Source: Eledone cirrhosa (taxonomy: Eukaryota). Taken from it: a stretch of DNA of 64,000 nucleotides. The translations under genes were made by a program, and so were the position numbers. Of the stretch, positions 27,881 to 40,000 are shown piece after piece. The notes under the pieces were generated by a model, which did no database searches, was not told where the DNA came from, and saw only the letters and a list, made by a program, of their open reading frames with translations. Position 1 is the stretch's first letter. Each line of letters begins with the position of its first letter. The stretch lies in the NCBI GenBank assembly GCA_964016885.1, contig OZ024741.1, forward strand, positions 68,448,001-68,512,000, written 5' to 3'.

Positions 27881-29060
27881 TAGCAGCAGGACCCGGCGTT
27901 GAACGGGGTAGGAAACGTGAAATAGAAACACGCCAATGCAAAGATTGAGGAATGTAGCTGTGTACTTTTTGAATTCCCTTATTCTCAGGGAATGATTGTT
28001 CATCTACATGAAACGTAGCATACCAGCAGGCCCGAATCATGAAACATCTGCATGCATGTGCAAAATCTGAAGAAAATCAGCTGGATACTCTTTAAGCGTA
28101 CTAAATCTTAGAGTATGATTTTTCTTCCATTTGGAGAAAATCGGTTAGGTACTTTTCGAGTTTTATAGATTCGCACCCAGTCATGTCTAATGCACCTGCA
28201 TGCATAGTGTACAGAGTAAAGCCTGCAATGCTACATGTCATACAACCACACAGCATGTTGGGCTTTCTCCACAGGAGGCCATAGCCTTTTTGTAAACTAT
28301 CCAATCTGATATAGACCGAACTGTTATATCGGATGCCGAACGCCTCGGAGTTACTATTGGGGTCACCATCAACAATTTCAAGTGGGGGTCACTGCGGAAT
28401 TAGCCCAGCCGCTGTTCGGCGTCCTTGCGCAGGGCGTTCATACTGCGGTGTAGGTGCAACAAAAGTAGAAGTACCACAGACGTGAGTTTTACGGTGTCAA
28501 TAACACGGCAGCGTACACAGTGCACGTGATGAAAGCACGAAGCGTCAACAGGGCGGCGACAAAAATTTCAAGGTCCTCCTCATTTCCTCAATCCCCTCAA
28601 AATGGCCCTTCTTAAAAGTAAGTAGGTGTTGTGTCCTCTGATAAAGAAACCAAATTTGTAACAAAATATTATACACTACTTACGATTGTTAAGTAGCGTT
28701 TATATTGAAAATGAAAATGGCATGTAATGCCCAATGCTAATTCGTAAATTTCCTAGAAACGATTAATGGAATCGGACATTTTTTTGTCTACAGCAATGCG
28801 AGCGGACTAACTAATGCGTGCTGCAAATTTCGAGGACATCGGCTGGATTATCTTTAAGTTACGCCTCAAAAAAGCCTAAAAATGCCTTTAAAATGCGGGT
28901 TTTCGCCTAATGCAGGCCATAGGGCAGAAAAAATTAAAATGTTTTTATCCCATTGAACTTCAAAACATATAAGTAATGCATGTGTAAAGTTTGAAACAAA
29001 TCGGTCGCGTACTTCTCGAGTTTTCAGGATTATCCCGTGCAACGCCGGGTACCACTGCTA

Positions 29061-29063
<3 letters not shown>
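27878..29063. mobile_element. Non-autonomous element with ~30-bp inverted Helentron-like termini in (TA)n
   Basis: tactagcagcaggacccggcgttgaacggg ... cccgtgcaacgccgggtaccactgctagta. Confidence 0.65.
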
Positions 29064-29104
<41 letters not shown>

Positions 29105-29263
29105 TTTTTAATACTCATTATAATTTCTCAGTCGGTTGCTTGTTTAGTTGAATGACAGCTCATTCGTGAAAGATGCTCTGACGTTCACATTAACTACTTT
29201 TGTCGTTACATATGTGTGGTTGGTTTTTATTTGTTCCTCATTTGTTTATTTATTACATATCTT

Positions 29264-29318
<55 letters not shown>

Positions 29319-29551
29319 ATGTGTGTTTGTGTCTCCGTGTCTGATTTTATGTTTGCAACGTTGCAGATTGGAAAAAAAAAAAAAAAAAAATTACGATAAA
29401 ATATATATTAGACATAACACAAGCTGTACGGGTGTTGGTAGGAAGGGCTAACATGAAAGACTAACCTATAAAAATATACAAGAATAAAAGAACACACTCA
29501 CATATATATATTAATACATTTATATTTAAACATACATACATATTTATATGA

Positions 29552-29597
<46 letters not shown>

Positions 29598-30104
29598 CTG
29601 TCAAAGGGCAAAGGAGCTCTTAAGAGTCAATGGCCATCCAAAATCACCGGGAGAGATGACCCCTTTAGCCTTAGTCAAGGCAGAATTCTAGGAGAAGGAA
29701 AACTCTGATATAACACCTGCAACCCTGATGGTATCCAATGATGTTGACTTGTTCTTCTTTTTGGTAAATAGCATCTTGGTTAAGAGAGTGGGACTGGCTT
29801 TGTGCAGTGCCTTTGCTCACTATAAAAGCTTCACGGCACAGGCATTGCTTTATATCTGGAGATCTCTCTGCACTTGTCCTCACATGGGCCCAGCACTATG
29901 TGTCAATAATTGTCCTACCATGGGCCTAGCACTATGTGTCAATAATTGTCACAGGTGTAGTGTTTGTACCAGAGGTTTCAAGTCGCTGGCTGGACTAAAA
30001 AGTCACACTCGTTCAGCGCTTCGGTAGGGGTTATCCTACATGGATGTAAAGTAGTGGCCGTACTCGAAAACGAGTTGGCAGCCACCATATATATATATAC
30101 ATAT

Positions 30105-30321
30105 ATATATATGTAAGTATGTATGTATACGTACATACATATATGTATACAGCCTAATTGGCATATCGAGTGAGTTAAATCGGTCAGGCGCACCGAAAAC
30201 GATGAGTTGTAATAAAATGAAAACGAAATTTCATTTCTCACTCTTAGTACGGCACTTACTTAAATGTAAGTATGTATGTATACGTACATACATATATGTA
30301 TACAGACGTACAGTAGCATGC

Positions 30322-30352
<31 letters not shown>

Positions 30353-30697
30353 TACAGGTACACATACATATATGTACGCATCAGTTTAGCGGACGCTTAT
30401 TATAGCGCGCGCTTTGTTCGTTTGTAAACAAACTGAACAGCCTGAATTTATGCCGCACGTGTTAAGGCAGCCACGTCACCTTTTTGTTCCACACTGACAC
30501 AGGAACGATGTACTAGTTTCAAGCTTGTTAGCTATCATCAGCACCCTATACCCATCTGCCAGATAGTTGAACGTTCGAAAGTATATACTTTCCTTATGAA
30601 AATTAACGGCTGAGCAGCCTAATTTGCATATCGAACAAAGCGGGCGTTATAATAAGCGTCCACTTAACTGATGCGTACATATATGTATGTGTACCTG

Positions 30698-30767
<70 letters not shown>

Positions 30768-30877
30768 TGCTACTGTACGTCTGTATACATATATGTATGT
30801 ACGTATACATACATACTTACATTTAAGTAAGTGCCGTAATAAGAGTGAGAAATGAAATTTCGTTTTCATTTTATTAC

Positions 30878-30880
<3 letters not shown>
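30105..30880 (-). mobile_element. Rearranged copy of the ~410-bp retrozyme-like family; hammerhead at 30507-30545 (-)
   Basis: RC: GGUG CUGAUGA U AGCU aaca AGCU U GAAA CUAG UA CAUC; 30640-30880 is an inverted segment of the same unit. Confidence 0.75.
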
Positions 30881-30915
<35 letters not shown>

Positions 30916-31006
30916 CGAAGGAAATGTGGTAAGGAACCAGGTGGACCATAACGCACCAAAGTACTCAATACTTGAGGTAGTAGAGTGGGTAATAGGAACC
31001 AGTAAG

Positions 31007-31100
31007 ACCCCGACAGCTGAGCTCAAGCCGTTTCGACGGCTAATTCTGGACTAAATGAAAATTTATCCTGGTATTTAAATAGCCGATCTTCTCAAGGGGT
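31007..31100 (-). ncRNA. Type I hammerhead ribozyme, U3-A8 variant (PLE 3' pLTR)
   Basis: Reverse complement of 34132-34225. Confidence 0.82.
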
Positions 31101-32203
31101 AATTCCATATATGGTCAAAGTGATTGTCAAAAATCAGTAGTAATTCTGTGGTTGCAAATTAGTAGGGGAGATGGTGGCTAAACCTGCCAGTAGGAGAAAG
31201 AGGGGAGGGGGTGGAGTAGACCCAATCAAGCGTTGGTAGTGCCAGCTACAGCTGGGCATGAGGTCAAAGAAGATACAGGGGAGGGGGAGGGGGAGGAAGT
31301 CGGAACGGTAGGTAGAACAATGGGGGGGGGGGGGTAGAAATAGGAAAGAAAAAATACTGAGAGTGAAGAAAAGCAAATAAGTGTAAAGAAAAAAGTAAAG
31401 TAAATTAAATTCTACGACCTAGGTGTCAGGCTATTGTTAGGCGAGAATAAAATAAAGAAAGAAAGAAGTAAATAAATAAATAAATAAATAAATAAGGAAA
31501 TAAGTAAAAGAACTAGGTGGGACGGTATAGGCAAGGACCCTTTTAAGAGGTATAAGTACGTAAATGATACGGTGACGGGTCAACAAAAGGGGCCAAAATA
31601 CTAAAGAGACTACCACGAAATAAACAATAAAGGTTTCCATCCCGGGCCAGCAACGACCCAGTGCAGCAAAGTGAACTTGTACGAGATAATAATTCTGAGT
31701 CCCGAGAAAAATATATACTAATGCTAACTCTAAAAGATCTAAAACAAGCTACATGAAAGTTCGTACGAAATAAAGGTAGAATACGGAAAAATAAATTCAG
31801 AATCCACCCCGCCCAGAAGAAAAGCGAAGCAAGAAATACTGAAACGAAAAAATAAGGCATAAGTGCCACTAAGAAATATAGAGGGCACAGAGAATAGTGG
31901 GAGCGGTCGGAAAAAGGGGGCAAGTATCCGGGGTCTAAGCCAACTGCTATAAAGGGCGGAGTCCGCCAAATCTATCATAGACTAGGGGAGGGGGGGTACT
32001 AAGGCTACATGGGACCAAAGGGCAGCCTCGGGTGGGCGAGAAAAGACGCCGACAAAGGAGAAGAGCTGGGGTAGAAGGACAAAGGAGAGAGGGGGAAGGA
32101 AATAAAGGAAGCGATAAAAGAATACAAAGAAGATCTTACGTCTTCCTTGGCAAACAGGGGTTACCCATTGCAAAATCGGCAAGTGGGGTGTTATAGCCCT
32201 AGT

Positions 32204-33352
32204 CTACCCCCCCCCCCCCCCCGGGTCATTATGGGGTTTGAGGGCGAGGTAAGTCCTACGCAATCTATGTTTACATGCAGTAACCAGTTCATCTTTCTTG
32301 TTTAGGAGTTGGTCCGTCGAAAACAGCATTTGTAAAGTTTCCTCCGAGCATAAATTGCACGGACGGCGTCCTCCCGTGTAAGAATTGGCTCTGGACAGTA
32401 ATCTCCAAGTGAGATCATAGGTGATGTTGTTGTCCTTGAGGTCCCATATGTGGCCCGAAAGTGTAGTGGCGTGACGCCGGGCCGGGTTTCGGAAGGTATG
32501 TCTATGTTGGTATAGCCGGGTCTTGAAGTCACATGCGGTAAGTCCTATATAGGCTTTGTTGGAGGTATCCGTCCTCACGTTGCACTGGTAGATCACATTA
32601 CGGTCTCTGCATCTATTGTCGAGTGGGCAAATAGATCTATCCGGGCAGTTACACCTCCTGGTCGGTTCTCCACTGCTATTTAGGTTATTTCTGCCATCGG
32701 GGTTGAGTTTTTTGTTGTTAGAGGAGACGATGTTTTGTGCGAAGTTTGGTGTAGTGCTGTAAGAGAGTTTGATGGTATTTTTGTTAATTATGTTGTGGTA
32801 GCGGTGTTGTAATGGGAAGTGTTTTTCAATGAGCCTAAAGAATAGTTTCCCGATGGGAGTAGTCACCTCTGCGTTGTGGGGAGGATTGAACCATGTTAAA
32901 TTGCGTGAGCGGCGGTGTCTCCTGCTGGTTCCGCTAATGGGAGCTGGACAGTAGGATATTTCCTCCCGGAAACCACTCCGCTTGAGGGCCTGGTTGTAAT
33001 AAGGCGCATGTTCATCGAATATCCGCTCATTAGCTGACAAACGTGATATGCGGAGGGAGATGTTTTTGACCAGGTTGTTTGTGATGTTCCTAGGATGGTT
33101 TGATCGGCGGTGGATGTAGTGCAGATTGTCATTAGGTTTCCTGTATGGGTAGTACAGGTCGTTTTCGAGGTCGAGGGTTACGTCCAGGAAGTTTACTCGG
33201 GTCAGGGACGTTTGTAGGGTTATTTTAAATCCCCAGTCGCGGAAGAATCTGATTAATTGTTTCCGGACCCGATCTGTACTACTGGGGTTGTACCCTTTAA
33301 GGGTAAGGAGCCCATCATCACGGTACAATCCACCACCGAATGCAGGAAACAT
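32204..33352 (-). CDS. PLE reverse transcriptase C-terminal half plus GIY-YIG endonuclease (5'-truncated; frame continues to ~33415)
   Basis: LYRDDG, FLDVTLDL, YRKPN, SNHP, WFNPP, CNC..CPL..C, NVIYQC..YIGLT..FKTR, HIW, CNLC.EE. Confidence 0.92.
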   Translation of the reverse strand: MFPAFGGGLYRDDGLLTLKGYNPSSTDRVRKQLIRFFRDWGFKITLQTSLTRVNFLDVTLDLENDLYYPYRKPNDNLHYIHRRSNHPRNITNNLVKNISLRISRLSANERIFDEHAPYYNQALKRSGFREEISYCPAPISGTSRRHRRSRNLTWFNPPHNAEVTTPIGKLFFRLIEKHFPLQHRYHNIINKNTIKLSYSTTPNFAQNIVSSNNKKLNPDGRNNLNSSGEPTRRCNCPDRSICPLDNRCRDRNVIYQCNVRTDTSNKAYIGLTACDFKTRLYQHRHTFRNPARRHATTLSGHIWDLKDNNITYDLTWRLLSRANSYTGGRRPCNLCSEETLQMLFSTDQLLNKKDELVTACKHRLRRTYLALKPHNDPGGGGG

Positions 33353-33734
33353 ATCAGTGAGTTTGGCTATTAGGAATAATCCTATAAGATCAGTGACCTC
33401 CGCCGAATCCGTGGCGACATGGGTGGATTCTGAATTTATTTTTCCGTATTCTACCTTTATTTCGTACGAACTTTCATGTAGCTTGTTTTAGATCTTTTAG
33501 AGTTAGCATTAGTATATATTTTTCTCGGGACTCAGAATTATTATCTCGTACAAGTTCACTTTGCTGCACTGGGTCGTTGCTGGCCCGGGATGGAAACCTT
33601 TATTGTTTATTTCGTGGTAGTCTCTTTAGTATTTTGGCCCCTTTTGTTGACCCGTCACCGTATCATTTACGTACTTATACCTCTTAAAAGGGTCCTTGCC
33701 TATACCGTCCCACCTAGTTCTTTTACTTATTTCC

Positions 33735-33769
<35 letters not shown>

Positions 33770-34131
33770 CTTCTTTCTTTCTTTATTTTATTCTCGCCTA
33801 ACAATAGCCTGACACCTAGGTCGTAGAATTTAATTTACTTTACTTTTTTCTTTACACTTATTTGCTTTTCTTCACTCTCAGTATTTTTTCTTTCCTATTT
33901 CTACCCCCCCATTGTTCTACCTACCGTTCCGACTTCCTCCCCCTCCCCCTCCCCTGTATCTTCTTTGACCTCATGCCCAGCTGTAGCTGGCACTACCAAC
34001 GCTTGATTGGGTCTACTCCACCCCCTCCCCTCTTTCTCCTACTGGCAGGTTTAGCCACCATCTCCCCTACTAATTTGCAACCACAGAATTACTACTGATT
34101 TTTGACAATCACTTTGACCATATATGGAATT

Positions 34132-34225
34132 ACCCCTTGAGAAGATCGGCTATTTAAATACCAGGATAAATTTTCATTTAGTCCAGAATTAGCCGTCGAA
34201 ACGGCTTGAGCTCAGCTGTCGGGGT
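34132..34225 (+). ncRNA. Type I hammerhead ribozyme, U3-A8 variant (inverted pLTR)
   Basis: ACCCC UUGAGAA GA(U)CGGCUA..~37 nt..UAGCCGUC GAAA CGGCU ugagcuc AGCUG UC GGGGU. Confidence 0.82.
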
Positions 34226-34235
34226 CTTACTGGTT

Positions 34236-34305
<70 letters not shown>

Positions 34306-34502
34306 CATAATACCACCCCACTCCTACTGACTAGCCTCAGTGTCACGTGATTGATTCTTTAGAATCTGCCACTTGACCAGAGTCAGTGAACTCTTTCAGT
34401 GCTATGGAATTCAGTCCCCGCTAGCTGTTCCATCCACCGAATTATTATTTTTATATGAGTTCCTAGTGTCCGCGCATTGCCTGGGGATTTAGCTGAGAAT
34501 AG

Positions 34503-34584
34503 ACTCCCTGATGACGTAATGAATTCTCGATAGTTACATTGCGTAACTATATTTATCCCATTACAGAAACTAATTAGTTGGAGT
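34503..34584 (+). ncRNA. Type I hammerhead ribozyme with extended helix II (repeat 34303-34750)
   Basis: ACUCC CUGAUGA C GUAAUG..AUAGUUAC auugc GUAACUAU..CAUUAC A GAAA CUAAUUAG UU GGAGU. Confidence 0.85.
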
Positions 34585-34779
34585 GAAAATTTTAGTAAGT
34601 AAGTTAATTTTTAATTTTTAAAATTTTCTTATTTTACGTCTTTCATATAATTGTTCTGCATCCCCTGCATAGAACCACCTAGGTACTATGACATAACTTA
34701 TGTATTTGCTAGCATTAGTGTACATCTGTACGCATATGTTGGTAAATATACTAATTCTCTCTCTCTCTCTCTCTCTCTG

Positions 34780-34872
<93 letters not shown>

Positions 34873-34877
<5 letters not shown>

Positions 34878-35673
34878 AGTACAGCATAGACGAAGCTCTA
34901 GTATACGGCCAAGCTAGCGTGTGTGCTTATTCGGTTTGTAGCTTTAGCACTCATATGAGGTAAGACCCCAGAGTATAACATTATGTTCAGATAGCTTAGC
35001 AAATTAGATATAGCAGTCGGCAGTCCGACCGCATCACCAGAGCAACGAAAATACAGGACCTAGGTAAAGATCTTTTACTGACCCGGACATAACGCTGAGG
35101 CTGGGTGTAAAATATACAATCCACATGGTGTTTCCACAATATTGATCGCAAAATCGCACGCAGCGACAGCGCTAAGTTTCTGCAAATCCATGATCGACAA
35201 ATTCCTATTGCAGGAGTCTGCAATATAATGGTTTTTGACGACAGAACATAGGATTTACTTCTTCAGCAAGTCTTTCGTTCTTAGCCAAAGCGGGTATGCT
35301 GTGACTTTAAAGGTCGCCACAGACACATGGTTTTGTCCGAAGGGAGGTAACCCCCGCTTAGGCGGTGTATTCTAATTTGAGATAAAGGAATGAATCCCCT
35401 TATTCAAACCGAATAAAGCACTCGACTAGAAGTTATCAAACAAACTTAAACAATTAATTAATCAATAGAATCATCAAATAAAATTAATCAGTTCATCGTT
35501 AATTCTAGGAGTAAATATATATTTTAGTACAGCATAGACGAAGCTCTAGTATACGGCCAAGCTAGCGTGTATGCTTATTCGGTTTGTAGCTTTAGCACTC
35601 ATATGAGGTAAGACCCCAGAGTATAACATTATGTTCAGACAGCTTAGCAAATTAGATATAGCAGTCGGCAGTC
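34873..35673 (-). mobile_element. ~650-bp unit with ~153-bp terminal direct repeats and a type III hammerhead-like fold (35171-35285)
   Basis: 34873-35025 repeats at 35521-35673. RC fold: GCUAAG AA CGA aagac UUG CUGAAGA A GUAAAUCC..GGAUUUGC A GAAA CUUAGC. Confidence 0.65.
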
Positions 35674-35945
35674 ATATATATATATATATACACACACACA
35701 CATATAAATATGTATGTTTAAATATAAATGTATTAATATATATATGTGAGTGTGTTCTTTTATTCTTGTATATTTTTATAGGTTAGTCTTTCCTGTTAGC
35801 CCTTCCTACCAACACCCGTACAGCTTGTGTTATGTCTAATATATATTTTTTCGTAATTTTTTTTTGTTTTTTTTTTCCAATCTGCAACGTTGCAAACATA
35901 AACTCAGACACGGAGACACAAACACACAGCGCACAGGTGCGCAAG

Positions 35946-36027
<82 letters not shown>

Positions 36028-36239
36028 GATATGTAATAAATAAACAAATGAGGATTAAATAAAAATATATATATATATTAGAAAGTGAGGTTTTTTTTAC
36101 AAAATGAAAAATAGCCGAGGTGTCCTACACGAGTGAAAGTATAAAGAAAAAAAGATGAAATCGAAAATGCAACTGGAGTCCTATTTTTTTTTTTTTTTTT
36201 TTAATTAAAAAAAAATATATATATATATTTATTTGGTTC

Positions 36240-36275
36240 CTTTACCGGTTTCGCAGTTCTTCTGCTTTTCAAAAG
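36240..36275 (-). ncRNA. Minimal type I hammerhead, UUGAAAA (U3-A8) core, in fold-back 36079-36458
   Basis: RC: CUU UUGAAAA GCAG aagaa CUGC GAAA CCGG UA AAG. The mirror copy near 36350-36385 has U16.1 mutated; a third copy is at 50852-50887 (-). Confidence 0.72.
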
Positions 36276-36455
36276 TAGGGTTGAGATGGAGGGTCTGTGG
36301 TTTTTCTCACAGATGTGAGAAAAACCACAGATCCTCCATCTCAACTCTACTTTTGAAAAGCAGAAGAACTGCGAAACCGGAAAAGGAACCAAATAAATAT
36401 ATATATTTTAAAAAAAAAAAAAAAAAAGACTCCAGTTGCATTTTCGATTTTATCT

Positions 36456-36513
<58 letters not shown>

Positions 36514-37010
36514 ATACTTGGGGAGGGTCATATTTGTGTAATATTGCCAGAATTAATAACAGAACACACTCACTGTTTGGTTGGTTTTCGCTTTTCGCTT
36601 CTGTGTCTTTTATATCGGTAATCTAATATACTCGGTCCTCAATGTTGCCATTGACTGACCGACAGTCAAAAATAATATAGATACAATATAGACACAAACA
36701 CATATATATAGTTTATCATAAATCTTTCGTTGCACACCTGCAACATCGTCAGTGGTGCTATTGTTTCCTCCTGTTGAATTGTATGGCTACGCCATTTTTA
36801 TTCAGTCTGTCTATATATTTATTTATTTATTTGCTTGTTTGTTTATTTTATTTTGTCTTCTTTGCGCATGCGTTTGCGTGTGTGTATAGTGTTTTGTTTG
36901 ATGTGTGATGTGTGTTCGTGATTGGGTGACTAATGTGTGTTTATGTGTTTGTTGTTATTGTGCTTGTGTATGTATTTATTTATCTATTTTATTTTATCTT
37001 ATTTACTTAT

Positions 37011-40000
37011 TTATACTTCTCTTAGGTCAGTGTTGTTTGTTTGGGTGTTGTTGTTATTCCATTCATTCTTTCTGTTTAGTCTTGGTCTTCTAAGTTCTAT
37101 TTCACTGGCCTCTCTGATTTGCCTATCTGCTGGGTCATTTCTATGTTTAGATATTATTCTAAGTTCTATGTTGTCTATGTTACCGTCATGATGTTGTCTG
37201 GCATGTTTGTATAGTACTGACCCGTTTTTTCGTCCTTTTAGTTCCCCCCAGTGCTGGTCTATCCTTTCACCTATGCTACGAGCTGTCTCACCTATGTATG
37301 TTGTTGTCATGTTTCTGCAGGTACCCTCTGTACATCTTATGCTATAGACTACGTTTCTAGTTTTACAGTTTATCCGGGGGTTTACCTTACATATGATACA
37401 TTTCCTATTGGTACAGTGGGTTTTCTTAAAAGGGTAGGTTTTGCTGATCAGGGATTTTATGGTGGTTCCTGGCTTTTCTACCACCTTCATTTTTAAGTGG
37501 GTCTTTCTCAGGGCCTTTCTACACTGGTTAGCTAATTTCCCTCCAGGGGTAGCGTCCACAAACATGACACTCTGGTATCTCTGGTTGTCGTACCATGAGG
37601 TGGCATTCCCTATCTTATGTCTAGCCCTATCTAAGCTATTCCATGATTTGCTCCTGTATAATGGGCAAATTCCTTTCATGTCCAGTTCTATGAGGGTCTT
37701 ATACTTCTCCATGGCTCCTTCGTATACTCTGACTCTGTCTCTTTGGTTGTAGCCAGAGAACTGCATGCGGTTGATGAAGTGTTGGATGTGTCTTTCCATT
37801 TCTGTTGGGTCGCACATGCGGGACACATTCTTCATCACTCGTACCAAATCTGCGTTCAGAATATTAAACTTAGCACTACTGGACATTGCTGAGTTTTTGA
37901 GTATCAGGTATTTGGAGGCCATGGGTTTAGCATAGTGTGAGTGGAGAATTTGGGCTCTCTCGTCTATAGTGTTAATCCAGAGTTCTGTGTCTAATACAGG
38001 TAGTCTATTGTTAGGGTGTTTGGAAGGGAAGTCGATAGTTACAGTTATACTCTGGTGTATGGAATTAGCTATCTGCTGGATGCTTTCCATTGTGCTACGT
38101 TCTAAATCAAACTTGTTAGTGCTTTCTAGTGGGGATGTTCTTATAACTATATTGATATCGTCTACATAACGAGAGTACATGATGAGGTCTATGGAGCTCT
38201 CACTAAGGAGATCTTTAAGTCTCCTTTCCCACCATACCATGAAAAGGTTGGCAACATCACCAGCTATGCTGACGCCAATGGCTGCTCCTTCATTTTGGGT
38301 GTAGATCTTCTCGTTGAACTTGAATATGTGGCCCTTGAGGGTAGTTTTGATACTAGCCCCTATTGCATGTGCGACCATTTTTCTTACCTGATCATTGTTT
38401 TGGGGGGTCCGTATAGCTGTGGTCCACCCAATCCACCTTCCCATGGGAGTCTTTTTTGCCATTGTGGTTATGGTGGGGGGTCTACCTCTTATGGGTCTAC
38501 TAGGGAAGAAACGTCTAAGGTGATGGCTGTCTAGGTAGTCAGTGTCGTAGGTAAGTCTAAGTAGGAGGCCCAGTTCGTCTGTGTCGACGTCGCAGAACTC
38601 CACCTCACTCTCAATGATCATCTCCACACATTTTTTCACAGCAAAATCAATGTTAATGAATGGGTACAGTGACACCACATCCATGCTGCCTATTATGCAG
38701 TTGGATAGGTTCCTGTTTTTGTTGCACTCACTGATTCTGCTGAGGAGGTCCTCTGTACTGTTACATACATCCGGGGACATCTTGATTATGGGGCGTATAA
38801 CCATTGAGAGGAAGTAGGAGATCCTATAGTTACTAGCTATATTAGCTCCGCATACGGGTCTTGTTGGTGGTCCTGTTGTCGTGTCATCGACCGTCTTGTG
38901 GTCTTTGCGGAGCCCATACAAGGGTGGTATGCCATTGTTAGACGCCTGGAAGTTGTTGGCAGTGCGTCTGCTTGGCTTTAGGATGTCAGTCCACATCATC
39001 ATGTGAGCGTTGAGGATTTTCTCTCTCCCATCGTGTGTTTGTTGTGCAATTTCGCTCGTGTTGGTGATGTGGGGTTGCATAGCCTTGATGTAGTTCGGCA
39101 TGCTATCTATTGACATCCTACTAGACTTATCCGTGGGTAGACATACTACCTCATCATCCCTTGTGCGCTGCTTGAGGCTAACCAAGCCTTCTACAGGTTT
39201 CCTCCCAAGTTGTTGGGCCTCTGGTCTGCTCTGTCTCTCAGTATACCGGTCTACTATTTGTCTAATCTTATTTCTAGCTATGGTGAACTGTGCCTCTGTC
39301 TCGTCATCTATTTGTTGTGGTATGCAAACTCTTTTATTAAAGGGTAACCTCGTAGGATAGATATTACCCATCTTATATGTTTTGTCAGCTGGGTTGAAAA
39401 ATAGTTTCTCTAAGGGGTTGTCATTATATCTATCGTCATAGTTGTGTGTGTTGCTATTATTGTCATCATGGTGGTTGTTGTTGTTCCTATCATTAGCATT
39501 ATTATTATTGTTATGATTGCTAGATGTATTGTTGTTTACTTCACCGTTATTGTTGTTGTTACTGTTATTTCTACCATTGTGGTTGTTACTTTTATTATGT
39601 TTCTTGTTTTTGTTGTGTCTATCATTAATGTTGCTACATGTATTATTTCCATTATTACCACTGTGGTTATTGTTGTTGTTGTTCGTATTGTTACCGTTAT
39701 TACTACTGTGGTCGCTGCTGCGGTGTCTGTGGTTAATGTTTCTATTATTATTATTATTGTGATTGTTGTTGTTCTGTCTATCGTTAGTATTATTACCATT
39801 ATTACTATTTCTCACTTTTCTGCTATTGTTATTGTTATGGCTGTTATTTCTATACTCAAAGTTATTGTTTATATTACTACTACCGTTATTATTGTTGTTG
39901 TTGTTTACCTTTGCATTCCAACGTATTTTTGTGAAACACTTTTCCAGCTCCATTTTGCACTCCATAGGGTTAATCTTTTTGTAGATGGCAAATTTTGGTG

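Larger units (their letters stand above)
30914..34240 (-). mobile_element. Young 5'-truncated Penelope-like element with long 3' pLTR and inverted pLTR copy (33421-34240)
   Basis: 30993-31809 is mirrored almost identically at 33421-34240; (TA)n on both sides. Confidence 0.93.
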
